DNA of 64,000 bases from Candidatus Omnitrophota bacterium (lineage in GTDB: Bacteria > Omnitrophota > Gorgyraeia > Zapsychrales > Zapsychraceae): the NCBI GenBank assembly GCA_050250375.1, contig JBFWOS010000003.1:17284-81283 (forward strand). The letters run 5' to 3'. Below, piece by piece: positions 1-8,833 of the stretch. A program made the translations under genes and the position numbers. How positions within the stretch are numbered: position 1 is the first letter of the stretch; each line of letters starts with the position of its first letter. The notes beneath the pieces were generated by a model that searched no databases, was not told the origin of the DNA, and saw nothing but the letters and a program-made list of their open reading frames with translations.

Positions 1-955
1 TCTTGGATTCCTGCTCATCGGTGGAAAGATGCAACTGACGGCTGCGCTTTTGGATGCTATTTAACAATTCTTCAATCGTGTGTTTCTTTTCTCCCGAGAT
101 CATAGCGACGCTGTTAATCAATTCCTTGCGGTATTTCTTAATGATATCATCAGCCTGATACCCCTGCTCCTGCTCCGCAGGCGGTAACCGAAAATGACTT
201 TTCAAAAACCGGTCATGAAAATCCGGGATATCTTCCGCCAGGGATTGTTTTTTTCTTTTATAAAAATACTTCAATGTGCATTTGATCGTTGAAATCCGCC
301 AATATTGTCTCGCACTCGTATTTTTTGGGTTCTGCTCTTTTAAACTGTTCATCAGCTGATCAACATATTTTAATTTTTCAAGAACCTTCCAGCCTTTATA
401 CCGGTTAACCCAATCAAGATTAGGGGTCAACCACACGGCAAATGTTTCCACAAAATCTTCTTCCGGGTGATACTGCGCATAATGGCCCTCCAGATGACGG
501 ACAAAATTGCGGCTATACGGCCGATATTTATAAGTTTCAGTATATTCCACCTTGGATGATCCGAACAAGGCCTGCCATTTGCGTCGATTGTATATCTTAT
601 AAGCATAATAAATCGCATGCCCGGCTTCATGCCGCAGCAATTTCATACATTCGTTGATGCTGTCTCCCTCGGCTGCATCCATATACCTTCTTTCAAGTGC
701 GGTCAGTCGAGGGTGAGCAAGATAAAAAGGTATGCCGATACAGGTCTCTTTTTCCGGTGTCAACCACTCGTCCGCCAAAAAACATTTGGGCCGGTAGCGA
801 ATCTGCTTTTGGGCCAGTTCTTTGTACAACTGTTCGATACAATCCTCAACCCATGTACCCTTTAGCGACAAAGGAAGGTCACAAACACGTGTATTTAACA
901 ACTCTTCCTCGGAGATTGTGTCCAGATTGATTTCTTTTTTAATATTAAATACCAT
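1..955 (-). CDS. HEXXH zinc metallopeptidase-like protein, partial (C-terminus lies beyond the window start)
   Basis: A minus-strand reading frame is open from an ATG at 955-953 down to position 1. The ORF track misses it because it runs off the window edge. Its translation is MVFNIKKEINLDTISEE...CMKLLRHEAGHAIYYAYK..., containing an HEAGH (HEXXH) zinc-binding motif. I cannot assign the exact family from sequence alone. Confidence 0.5.
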   Translation of the reverse strand, partial: MVFNIKKEINLDTISEEELLNTRVCDLPLSLKGTWVEDCIEQLYKELAQKQIRYRPKCFLADEWLTPEKETCIGIPFYLAHPRLTALERRYMDAAEGDSINECMKLLRHEAGHAIYYAYKIYNRRKWQALFGSSKVEYTETYKYRPYSRNFVRHLEGHYAQYHPEEDFVETFAVWLTPNLDWVNRYKGWKVLEKLKYVDQLMNSLKEQNPKNTSARQYWRISTIKCTLKYFYKRKKQSLAEDIPDFHDRFLKSHFRLPPAEQEQGYQADDIIKKYRKELINSVAMISGEKKHTIEELLNSIQKRSRQLHLSTDEQESK

Positions 956-957
956 GT

Positions 958-1596
958 TTAATCCAACTGTTCTTCCAGATGGGCTAAAAGTTCTTTGGCC
1001 CCTTTAAGGACCGATTCGGGAGCCAGCCTTAATGTTTCCATATCCTTCTGAAACGATTTTATGGAAGTGATCAACCTTCTGATGGCGGATTGACTGCGCT
1101 CTTCCCGCTCCTGATCAGGATCGACATATTTTCGCTCTTTCATTAAAGCTGTCAAGTCTTTTCGCAAAACGGTGGCATTTTTCCCCTTATCAAAGACGTC
1201 TTTTTTGAGCTTAAAATAATCCTGCTTAGTCAGCTCCTTTTTATGTTTTGCCAATCTTAAGAAGTTAATCTCTTCATATCCCGGCATTTTATCAGCGTCC
1301 CTGTTTTGTTTAAAGTCAGCATCCAGGTATTGCGGTTCGTCCTGTTCCAGAAACAGATATGATTTTAGAAGTTTGGTCGCTAATGGCTTTTTCAGACCAA
1401 CCTCGCGTTCGATATAATCCTCAAATTTTTCAAATCCCCAGTTTCGATATAGCTTGTCCTGCCAGACGGCATACAGGTGCCGCCCAAGATCAATCCATGA
1501 ACGTTTAAAGTCCTTGGAAAGTTCTATAATGGTCTGCCGAATGGTATCGTTGATGTAGTTGGCTTTCGGGTGGGAGGGTATTTCTAAAGTATCCAT
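958..1596 (-). CDS. hypothetical protein, charged with predicted coiled-coil character
   Basis: The ORF track gives 958-1617, but codon 1617-1615 is TTG. The first ATG, at 1596 (MDTLEIPSHPK...), is preceded by an AAAGGA ribosome-binding site. Its TAA stop at 958-960 lies 2 nt upstream of the downstream peptidase ATG. No domain recognised. Confidence 0.45.
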   Translation of the reverse strand: MDTLEIPSHPKANYINDTIRQTIIELSKDFKRSWIDLGRHLYAVWQDKLYRNWGFEKFEDYIEREVGLKKPLATKLLKSYLFLEQDEPQYLDADFKQNRDADKMPGYEEINFLRLAKHKKELTKQDYFKLKKDVFDKGKNATVLRKDLTALMKERKYVDPDQEREERSQSAIRRLITSIKSFQKDMETLRLAPESVLKGAKELLAHLEEQLD

Positions 1597-1607
1597 AAGG
1601 GTCCTTT

Positions 1608-2564
1608 CTAGATACAAAAATGTTTTATTATTATACGATCCGACATCTTGCTGACCTGGGCTTTATTGATCCGGCCGGGGATAATGGTTTGCGCATTAAC
1701 GGTGCCGGCGGCAACAGCCAGCCTCAAACACTCACGAAAATTCAACTTTTTCATGAAACCGACACATACAGCTCCGACAAATGCATCCCCGCAACCGACC
1801 GAATTGACTACTTTTACGGTTGGCGCTTTAGCATACCATAAATCATTACGATTGCAACCGATTGCTCCATCTGGTCCGAGGCTGAGAAAAATGTTCTCCA
1901 CTTTAAACTTCCTCAGTCGTAAAACAGCCTTATATGCGTCATTCAGAGTCCCAATTTTGATCCTGAATAACTCTTCCGTCTCCCGTCGATTGGGTTTGAT
2001 GAAGTCCGGATTTTCTTTAAGACCTTCCCGCAGAGCTCCTTGGCCGGCATCTAAAAATACCGGAACATTCAACCGGCGGGCTATTTTAATCAACTCGGCA
2101 TAAACGTCAGTGGGAACCCCTTTCAGCACACTGCCACTCAGGACGACCATTTCAGCCTTATCCAAAAGTTTTTTATATAACCTTTGAAAACCTTCATACT
2201 CCTTCCTAGATATCGCCGGCGTCTTTGGAAAAACCCGTTCCCTGCTCTTACCGACGGGGATAAACAACATGATATTGTTACGACTTTCACAAACCGCCGG
2301 ATAAAACTGATTATTGATTTTCGCGTGATCAGCCAGTTGGCAGATGGCATGGCCATTCACGCCACCGATAATCCCTGTTGATAGGGTGGACATTCCAAAA
2401 TCATTTACCGCCCTTGATACGTTAATGCCTTTTCCACCGGCTGATCGAACTTGTTTCTTAATCCGGGAAACTCCGCCCTCACACCTAAGAATAAATATTG
2501 TGTCGACGGCAGGATTTAACGTAACCGTTAAAATATACCGTTTTTGTGCGTTCTTATCGTCCAT
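1608..2564 (-). CDS. pfkB: PfkB-family carbohydrate kinase (1-phosphofructokinase / tagatose-6-P kinase-like)
   Basis: Translation has LTVTLNPAVD, GGKGINVS and a C-terminal GCGDAF motif, which are typical of the ribokinase/PfkB superfamily. The ORF-track start at 2588 is TTG. In-frame ATGs occur at 2570 and 2564. Confidence 0.75.
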   Translation of the reverse strand: MDDKNAQKRYILTVTLNPAVDTIFILRCEGGVSRIKKQVRSAGGKGINVSRAVNDFGMSTLSTGIIGGVNGHAICQLADHAKINNQFYPAVCESRNNIMLFIPVGKSRERVFPKTPAISRKEYEGFQRLYKKLLDKAEMVVLSGSVLKGVPTDVYAELIKIARRLNVPVFLDAGQGALREGLKENPDFIKPNRRETEELFRIKIGTLNDAYKAVLRLRKFKVENIFLSLGPDGAIGCNRNDLWYAKAPTVKVVNSVGCGDAFVGAVCVGFMKKLNFRECLRLAVAAGTVNAQTIIPGRINKAQVSKMSDRIIIKHFCI

Positions 2565-4794
2565 CCACATTTTTATTAAGCTGTTCAATCAGCTTTTCGG
2601 CCTGTGGTAAACCCAACATATTGGATTTTTGGGCGTCCTTCATCGCATTGACAAAATCCCCCTTACCGATTAATGTTTGGGCCCTGTTAAAATAAACAAT
2701 CTTATTGTTGGGATCAATGTCTAAAGCGGTGTTAAAATCTTCTAAAGCCTGGTTATAGCGCCCCTGTTGTTTGAACAAATTTCCTCGATTATTATAGGCT
2801 TTTACATAGTCGGGACTCAACATAATGGCTTTATTATAATCGTTTAAAGCGAGGTCTGTTTTATTCCATTGCCGGTAAATTACTCCCCGGTTGTTATACC
2901 CCTCAAAAAAATTCGGATCAATCTCAAGGGCTTTATTGTAGTCCGCAAAGGCTGATTTGTATTCTCCCAGATGGCGAAAGGCATTGCCGCGATTATTATA
3001 AACCTGCGGGATTCCGGCATTAGCTTCAATAACTTTTGAGAAATCCTTTACAGCCAATTTATATTCTTTAATTAACCCATAAAGATTTCCCCGATTCTGA
3101 TAAGCCTCAATAAAGTCCGGGTCAATCTGGATGGCATGGTTAAAATCACTCAAAGCCAGGTCATTCCGGCCAAGATGTGAATAAACAACCCCCCGGTTAC
3201 TAAAAGCCTTATATAATTGTGGATTGATCTCCAAAGCCTTGTTGTAATTTTCCAAGGCCAGTTGGTATTCGGCTTTATGCCGGAAGGCATCGCCCCTATT
3301 ATTCCATATTTCAGCCCAATTCTGGTCAATTTCCAAGGCTTTATTGTATTCCAGGATGGCAAGGTCAAAAAGATGCTGTCTTGTGTAGACAATTCCCTTA
3401 TTGTTAAGAGTCATGACACTTCTGGGATATATGTCCAGGGCTCTGTTGAACTCCTCAATGGCCTGATCATATTTTCCAATTTCCGAATAGGCAATTCCGG
3501 TATTCAAATAGGCCCTCATCTCCCCTGGAGATTTTTCCTTAACATCGGCCCACAATGTAAATTCATCCCGCCAGACCTTGTTTCTTTGATAAGTTAAAAA
3601 CGAAAATGTCAGGACAATGACGCTCAAAGAGACGACCAACCGCTTTTGTTCTTTGATCAGGAAATAAATTGCACAAACTATAAAAATTGAAAAACCGACA
3701 CTCGGAAGATAAACCCGATGTTCAAAAATGACATGACGAATCGGAATAAAACTGGACTCAACTGATATTGTCAGGAAAAACCAGAATACACCAAATGCTA
3801 GAAAGGTTCTTTTCTTTCTTAATCTATACCCTATTGCAAGAATTAATATGATCAGGAAAAAACCTCCTGATGTTTTCCACTCAAAGAATGACTTAGATGT
3901 AGGGAAATCGACTAAAAGATTCTGACCGATCGGAAAAATTAACAACCGCAAATACGTCGGGATAACCCGTAATTGAGTTAATGGATAATAATAAGCGTTT
4001 ACCAAATCTCCATGGTGTGACCCGGAAGATTTATGGGTAATAGATAACATGCCTTTAACGTTAAATGAATACAACGCCGGTATGATTAATAAAAACAATA
4101 ATACGGGAATCAAAATCTTCCAATTTAACATCCTCTTCCATTGATCCGTCTTTGAAAAAAATAACCACTCTGTTAACAAGACGGAAACCGGCAGGGTTAT
4201 CGTAATTTGTTTGCTAAACATGCCAAATAAGGCCGCAACAGCCGATAACAAGAAAAATGGCAACGCCCCTCTTTTCTCTAGGCGTGCCCTTAAATAAAAA
4301 CTCATGGCCGCCACATAAAACAAAGTCGCCAACGACGCAAATCGCTGACAAATATAGGTAACCGCCTGCGTTTGTAAAGGGTGGGTTAAAAATACCAACG
4401 CAATAAATAAAGAAAGAATCCGTTTACGGCTGGATAACGGTGAATTTTTAATGCGCGGCGCATGAAATAACTGTAAACACATCCAATAAACCAACAGCGT
4501 CGTAATCAAATGGATGGCATTGTTAACTACATGGTACCCGAAAACATCCGTCTTACCGAAATGATAATTCAGTGCAAAAGTATATAGAACAACCGTTCGA
4601 CCCGGGGCAGTCAATCTCTCCCAAATAGACCGGACATCGGTTAATGTCCTGATCGTTGGATTATTGACAATATAACTTAAATCATCGAAATGCCAGGAAC
4701 ACCGGTAAGTGTTAGAATAAATTAAAATCCCGACAGCCATCAAAATGACTATAGAAATAATTATCGCATACCGGCTGCTCTCGAATCGTTTCAT
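2554..4794 (-). CDS. multi-pass membrane protein with C-terminal TPR repeats; TMTC/DUF1736-like putative GT-C glycosyltransferase
   Basis: ATG start at 4794. The N-terminal ~430 aa are hydrophobic, with HFDD in the first loop and IPIRHVIFEHRVYLPSVGF later. The C-terminal ~300 aa contain at least eight 34-residue repeats matching the TPR consensus (NNRG.. / Y..A.. / P). Tandem paralog of 4791-6617. Confidence 0.7.
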   Translation of the reverse strand: MKRFESSRYAIIISIVILMAVGILIYSNTYRCSWHFDDLSYIVNNPTIRTLTDVRSIWERLTAPGRTVVLYTFALNYHFGKTDVFGYHVVNNAIHLITTLLVYWMCLQLFHAPRIKNSPLSSRKRILSLFIALVFLTHPLQTQAVTYICQRFASLATLFYVAAMSFYLRARLEKRGALPFFLLSAVAALFGMFSKQITITLPVSVLLTEWLFFSKTDQWKRMLNWKILIPVLLFLLIIPALYSFNVKGMLSITHKSSGSHHGDLVNAYYYPLTQLRVIPTYLRLLIFPIGQNLLVDFPTSKSFFEWKTSGGFFLIILILAIGYRLRKKRTFLAFGVFWFFLTISVESSFIPIRHVIFEHRVYLPSVGFSIFIVCAIYFLIKEQKRLVVSLSVIVLTFSFLTYQRNKVWRDEFTLWADVKEKSPGEMRAYLNTGIAYSEIGKYDQAIEEFNRALDIYPRSVMTLNNKGIVYTRQHLFDLAILEYNKALEIDQNWAEIWNNRGDAFRHKAEYQLALENYNKALEINPQLYKAFSNRGVVYSHLGRNDLALSDFNHAIQIDPDFIEAYQNRGNLYGLIKEYKLAVKDFSKVIEANAGIPQVYNNRGNAFRHLGEYKSAFADYNKALEIDPNFFEGYNNRGVIYRQWNKTDLALNDYNKAIMLSPDYVKAYNNRGNLFKQQGRYNQALEDFNTALDIDPNNKIVYFNRAQTLIGKGDFVNAMKDAQKSNMLGLPQAEKLIEQLNKNVDGR

Positions 4795-6617
4795 TGATTA
4801 ATTTTTATTCTTAATTGATTAATGTACTCTTGATCGATTTTCAGCCCCAAGGTCTGCGCTTTTTCGACATCCGCCAAAGCATCAGCGAATTTCTGCTCGG
4901 ACGCGTAGATTTGAGACCGATAATAAAGCGCCTTCTTCTGAAAGGGGTTTAACTTAATACTCTGGCTATAATCGGCAAAAGCTTTATCTAGGTGATTCAA
5001 CTGCAAATATACATTCGCCCGGTTATAATAAACCCCGGCATTGTCCGCGTTCAACTCCAACGCCTTGTTGTAATAGACCAGAGCTCGTTTAAAATCTTTT
5101 CTTTTATTATGAATAATACCAATGTTATTGTAGGTTTTCTCCAGTGTTGGATCAATGCTCAAGGCCTTAAGATAATCTTTAAGCGCCAATTCATGTTGAT
5201 TCAAGACCGTATAAACATTCCCTCGATTATTGTAAGATTCTGCCTGCCCAGGATCAAGCACAATGGCCCTGGTGTAAGCATTTAAAGCCGAATCAAAGTC
5301 TTTCTGATTAAGATATGCCGTTGCCAGATGGGTATATGGCCTAATCACATTGGGTGATTTCTTAATCACATCTGTCCACAGCGTAATATCGTCAGCCCAA
5401 ATCTCATTCCGCTTATAAGTTAATACGGACAATGTCATGACTATGCCTAGTATAGCTGCGGTTAATTTATACCGATCTTTGATAATTTCGGTGAAAAGAA
5501 AACCCGCAACTAAAGAAAACCCGAAAAATGGGAGATAACATCGGTGCTCAAAGATCACATGCCGGATTGGAATAACGCTTGATTCCACGAGGAGTGTTGT
5601 AAAAAACCATAAAATCCCAAAGGATACGAACGGTTTCGTTTCCCGCAACCGAATGGCCAAAAACAATAATAAACCAATCCCTGAAAAGCCCAATATAACT
5701 TTTGGATCCAATACGGTGTATGATGCGGGATAATCGTATAAAAGATTTTGACCGATCGGGAAAATTAAAAGACTTATGTAGGTCCAAATGACTCTGGATT
5801 GCGTCAGAAAATAACTTATAAAATCGAGAGTATCACCTGTATGCGAAAGCGATTCATACTGCCTGAACAATATCGTCTGGATATTAAATGAGTAAACCGC
5901 TGGGATTATTAAGAATAATGCCAGCATGGCCATAATAAAACCCCATTGAGATCTTAATGAAGATCGGCTTCTCTTATCGGTATTCAAGAACAGCCATTCA
6001 ACTAAAAAAATCGTGATCGGCAATGTCAAAACAATCTGTTTTGTGAACATGCCCGTTAACCCCGCGCAAACGGCCAAAAAATAAAACAAGGTTTTTAATC
6101 TGGTTTCCGTTGCTCTCGCTTTTAAATACAGACAAACCGCCAGCAAATAAAACAATGTCGCCAATGATGCAAACCGCTGGCACAAATAAGTGACCGCCTG
6201 CGTCTGGATAGGATGTGTCAGAAAAAGTCCGGCGGCGATTAATGCCGTCACCTGTTTTCTTCTCTCACTGAAAACTTTTCGTTTAATAAGACTATCACCC
6301 AATAAAGATATCAGCCAAAAAACTAATACGGCATTTCCTGCGTGGATAAAAATGTTAGTTAAGTGATACCCAAATAAATTGTAACCGTGTAAATGATAGT
6401 TTAATGCAAATGTCAGATACGCGAAAAATCGAGTGGGCGCGCTCCCCTCATTCCAGATGGATTTTATATCCGAAATATCTGAAAGTTCCGAATTCTGGAC
6501 AATAAACACAAAATCGTCAAAATGAAAAGAGTTCTGAAATGTATTGGAATATAAAGCAATCCCAAACAGAAATATTCCCACAAAGATATACCCTGAGAGA
6601 CTTTGTATCTTATTCAT
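4791..6617 (-). CDS. multi-pass membrane protein with C-terminal TPR repeats; paralog of 2554-4794
   Basis: Same architecture and shared motifs (SFHFDD, IPIRHVIFEHRCYLPFFGF, then TPRs). The ORF-track start at 6623 is GTG and an ATG lies at 6617. Overlaps the downstream paralog by 4 nt. Confidence 0.7.
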   Translation of the reverse strand: MNKIQSLSGYIFVGIFLFGIALYSNTFQNSFHFDDFVFIVQNSELSDISDIKSIWNEGSAPTRFFAYLTFALNYHLHGYNLFGYHLTNIFIHAGNAVLVFWLISLLGDSLIKRKVFSERRKQVTALIAAGLFLTHPIQTQAVTYLCQRFASLATLFYLLAVCLYLKARATETRLKTLFYFLAVCAGLTGMFTKQIVLTLPITIFLVEWLFLNTDKRSRSSLRSQWGFIMAMLALFLIIPAVYSFNIQTILFRQYESLSHTGDTLDFISYFLTQSRVIWTYISLLIFPIGQNLLYDYPASYTVLDPKVILGFSGIGLLLFLAIRLRETKPFVSFGILWFFTTLLVESSVIPIRHVIFEHRCYLPFFGFSLVAGFLFTEIIKDRYKLTAAILGIVMTLSVLTYKRNEIWADDITLWTDVIKKSPNVIRPYTHLATAYLNQKDFDSALNAYTRAIVLDPGQAESYNNRGNVYTVLNQHELALKDYLKALSIDPTLEKTYNNIGIIHNKRKDFKRALVYYNKALELNADNAGVYYNRANVYLQLNHLDKAFADYSQSIKLNPFQKKALYYRSQIYASEQKFADALADVEKAQTLGLKIDQEYINQLRIKINQ

Positions 6618-6625
6618 AATCACAA

Positions 6626-7441
6626 TTATTTCAATGGGTCAGGATGGATAAACTGATAGTTTAACGCGTCCTTCAGTTTCTTGTTGGAAACAATCTTACG
6701 AATTTCCCCAGAACATTGATCAAAAACAGGTGGCTCAATACCTAATTCCATGGCTTTTCGGGTATAAAGCTCCTGCCTAGTCGGATGAGAATCACTGACG
6801 GCGTTAAAAATTTCTCCCGTGACATTATTATGAATGATCCTGAAGACAATTTCAATACAGTCGTCCAAGTGAATCAAATTGACCAGACTTTGGCCATTGC
6901 GGCCTTTTATCCTTGGCGTCTTTGGAAAGCGCCCTAAGTGACGCTCACCGCCATACAGACCGGCGAAACGTATAATGGTTGACTGAAAATTTTTATTATT
7001 AATCAACAATTGTTCAATTTTATGCAGAACATGGGAACGGGGGTTATCCGGGTCTATTGGATCCCATTCAGATGCCACCTCTACAGAAGATCTGTAAATA
7101 GCGGTAGAACTCGAAAAAACAACAAATTTAATTGATGACCGATTGACTTCAGAAATTATTGATTGTATTTGATCATAATAGTAAAAAGGATCAATTAAAT
7201 CACGTTTGAACGGAATTGTTAGGAACAAAACATCGGAGTGAAAAAACGGATAAAAATCTTCCCCCTCTAACTTCGGAGAACACTTAAGCAAGAATGGCTC
7301 GATTCCAGCGTTACGTAACTGGATCATCTTTGAATCTTGAGTCGTTGATCCCTTAACTGCATATCCTTCCGTCAGTAATCGTTCAGCAAACGGTAAACCC
7401 AACCATCCGCATCCCAAAATGCTTACGGACGAATTCAACAT
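6626..7441 (-). CDS. NAD(P)-binding Rossmann-fold protein (SDR / epimerase-dehydratase-like)
   Basis: ATG at 7441. The N-terminal ILGCGWLG glycine-rich Rossmann motif fits the NAD-dependent epimerase/dehydratase family. Confidence 0.5.
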   Translation of the reverse strand: MLNSSVSILGCGWLGLPFAERLLTEGYAVKGSTTQDSKMIQLRNAGIEPFLLKCSPKLEGEDFYPFFHSDVLFLTIPFKRDLIDPFYYYDQIQSIISEVNRSSIKFVVFSSSTAIYRSSVEVASEWDPIDPDNPRSHVLHKIEQLLINNKNFQSTIIRFAGLYGGERHLGRFPKTPRIKGRNGQSLVNLIHLDDCIEIVFRIIHNNVTGEIFNAVSDSHPTRQELYTRKAMELGIEPPVFDQCSGEIRKIVSNKKLKDALNYQFIHPDPLK

Positions 7442-7453
7442 TGAAAATCGGCA

Positions 7454-8011
7454 TTAATCAAGATAGGTCTTTAATTCCTTCCAGGTCTTCTTTCCGATAA
7501 CCCCGTCACTGGCAAGATTATGATCTTTTTGGAACTGACCAATAGCTTTCTTAGACTGGCCGCCCAGTTTCCCATCAATCTTTCCGGTATAATATCCCGC
7601 ATTTTTTAAGGCCTGTTGAACATCTCTGGCCGAGGCGGAAACTCGAAGAATTTCGTCTTCCTTGTACGTACTGCTGCTGACCGTTGTTTTTTCTTCCGGC
7701 TCGTATACCTGTTCCCGGCTTGCTTTACGGTAATCATATTCTTCAACCGGTTCATTCAAAGAATAAGTTTCCATTTCACTAATCTGTGAATTTAAGGCCT
7801 GAACCTTGTACTCTAACTCTGTAATTGATTTGTTACGCTCCTCCAAATTACGCTCTAACTGGGCGACCTGGATCTGTAGACGATTAACAGCTGTCGGGCT
7901 TTGCGTATGGGCACAACCGGTAAGACAAGTTGAAACAAATAACAGGCTGATTATTGGGTGTACTCTCACTTTCTTCCTCCTTGCAATTAATATAAATTTT
8001 AAATTTAGCAT
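7454..8011 (-). CDS. lipoprotein with coiled-coil region and C-terminal peptidoglycan-binding (PG_binding_1-like) domain
   Basis: Lipobox LTGC after a hydrophobic N-terminus. The C-terminus (DVQQALKNAGYYTGKIDGKLGGQSKKAIGQFQKDHNLASDGVIGKKTW) matches the putative peptidoglycan-binding domain signature. Confidence 0.6.
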   Translation of the reverse strand: MLNLKFILIARRKKVRVHPIISLLFVSTCLTGCAHTQSPTAVNRLQIQVAQLERNLEERNKSITELEYKVQALNSQISEMETYSLNEPVEEYDYRKASREQVYEPEEKTTVSSSTYKEDEILRVSASARDVQQALKNAGYYTGKIDGKLGGQSKKAIGQFQKDHNLASDGVIGKKTWKELKTYLD

Positions 8012-8171
8012 AACGAATTACTCAAACCTGCTAGAACAGAGTTTTTCGTCAAATGTAAAATACCCATAGAAACAGAGGTATTTTATCACAACCCGTGCCT
8101 GTTACCATTGGATTAATAAAAATTTTCAGAAATCCTGCAGCATGAAATTTTGACAAAGATGCGCAAAAGGA

Positions 8172-8783
8172 TTAATATTTGACTGAACAACCATACGGCT
8201 GGGTCGTCGGCGTACTAACCGCTTCACCGGATTTCGCCTGAGACAACGCCTTTATGACATAATTGTCGGCCGCTTTTATATCCGCTGAATCAAAACTCGA
8301 AATACTGTCAATGGCTCCCTGATAAATAAGGACACCTTCCGGATTAATCACGTACATATGTGGTGTTGTCTTGGCGCCATACATCTTACCGACGGTTCCA
8401 TCTGTGTCAAAAAGATATGCCGTTGGCATTGCCCCGCTGTTTTCCATGATCTGATTGACCTCATCCGCTGAATATGCCCCCTGTTTTCCTTCCGCGGAGG
8501 AATTAATGGATAGCCAGACAGCCCCTTCCTCTGTTAAGCTTTTTTGTAAGCCTTGCATATTCCCCGGCGTGTAATGCTTTTTGACAAAGGGGCAATCATA
8601 ATTTACCCACTCAAGAATAACATATTTCCCTTTAAATCCAGACAATGAATGGGTTTGTCCATGGGAATCGGTCAACGTAAATTCTGGAGCTTCCGAATTT
8701 GTACTGATGTCTGCGTGAGCAGCCCCCATCCTAACCGTGCACAAAATGGCACTTATGCTGAAACATATAAATAACTTCTTCAT
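8172..8783 (-). CDS. secreted thioredoxin-fold protein of the redoxin/AhpC-TSA type, with an atypical single-Cys active-site region
   Basis: Signal peptide MKKLFICFSISAILCTV... starting at the ATG at 8783; the longer ORF-track start is at 8798. APEFTLTD..G....SLSGFKGKYVILEW is a redoxin-family signature. The active-site position reads WVNYDCPFV rather than a CxxC or T/SxxC motif, and there is a second Cys near the C-terminus (PYGCSVKY). Confidence 0.6.
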   Translation of the reverse strand: MKKLFICFSISAILCTVRMGAAHADISTNSEAPEFTLTDSHGQTHSLSGFKGKYVILEWVNYDCPFVKKHYTPGNMQGLQKSLTEEGAVWLSINSSAEGKQGAYSADEVNQIMENSGAMPTAYLFDTDGTVGKMYGAKTTPHMYVINPEGVLIYQGAIDSISSFDSADIKAADNYVIKALSQAKSGEAVSTPTTQPYGCSVKY

Positions 8784-8833
8784 TTTTAATCCTTTCATAA
8801 TCGGTTAAACAATTTTTTTACTTAAACATTATA

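Noticed and set aside
427-930. Several 60-110 aa plus- and minus-strand ORFs from the six-frame track (e.g. 442-657, 617-865, 697-930)
   Set aside because: They lie inside the longer, motif-bearing minus-strand HEXXH metallopeptidase frame (1-955). They are out-of-frame or antisense shadow ORFs.
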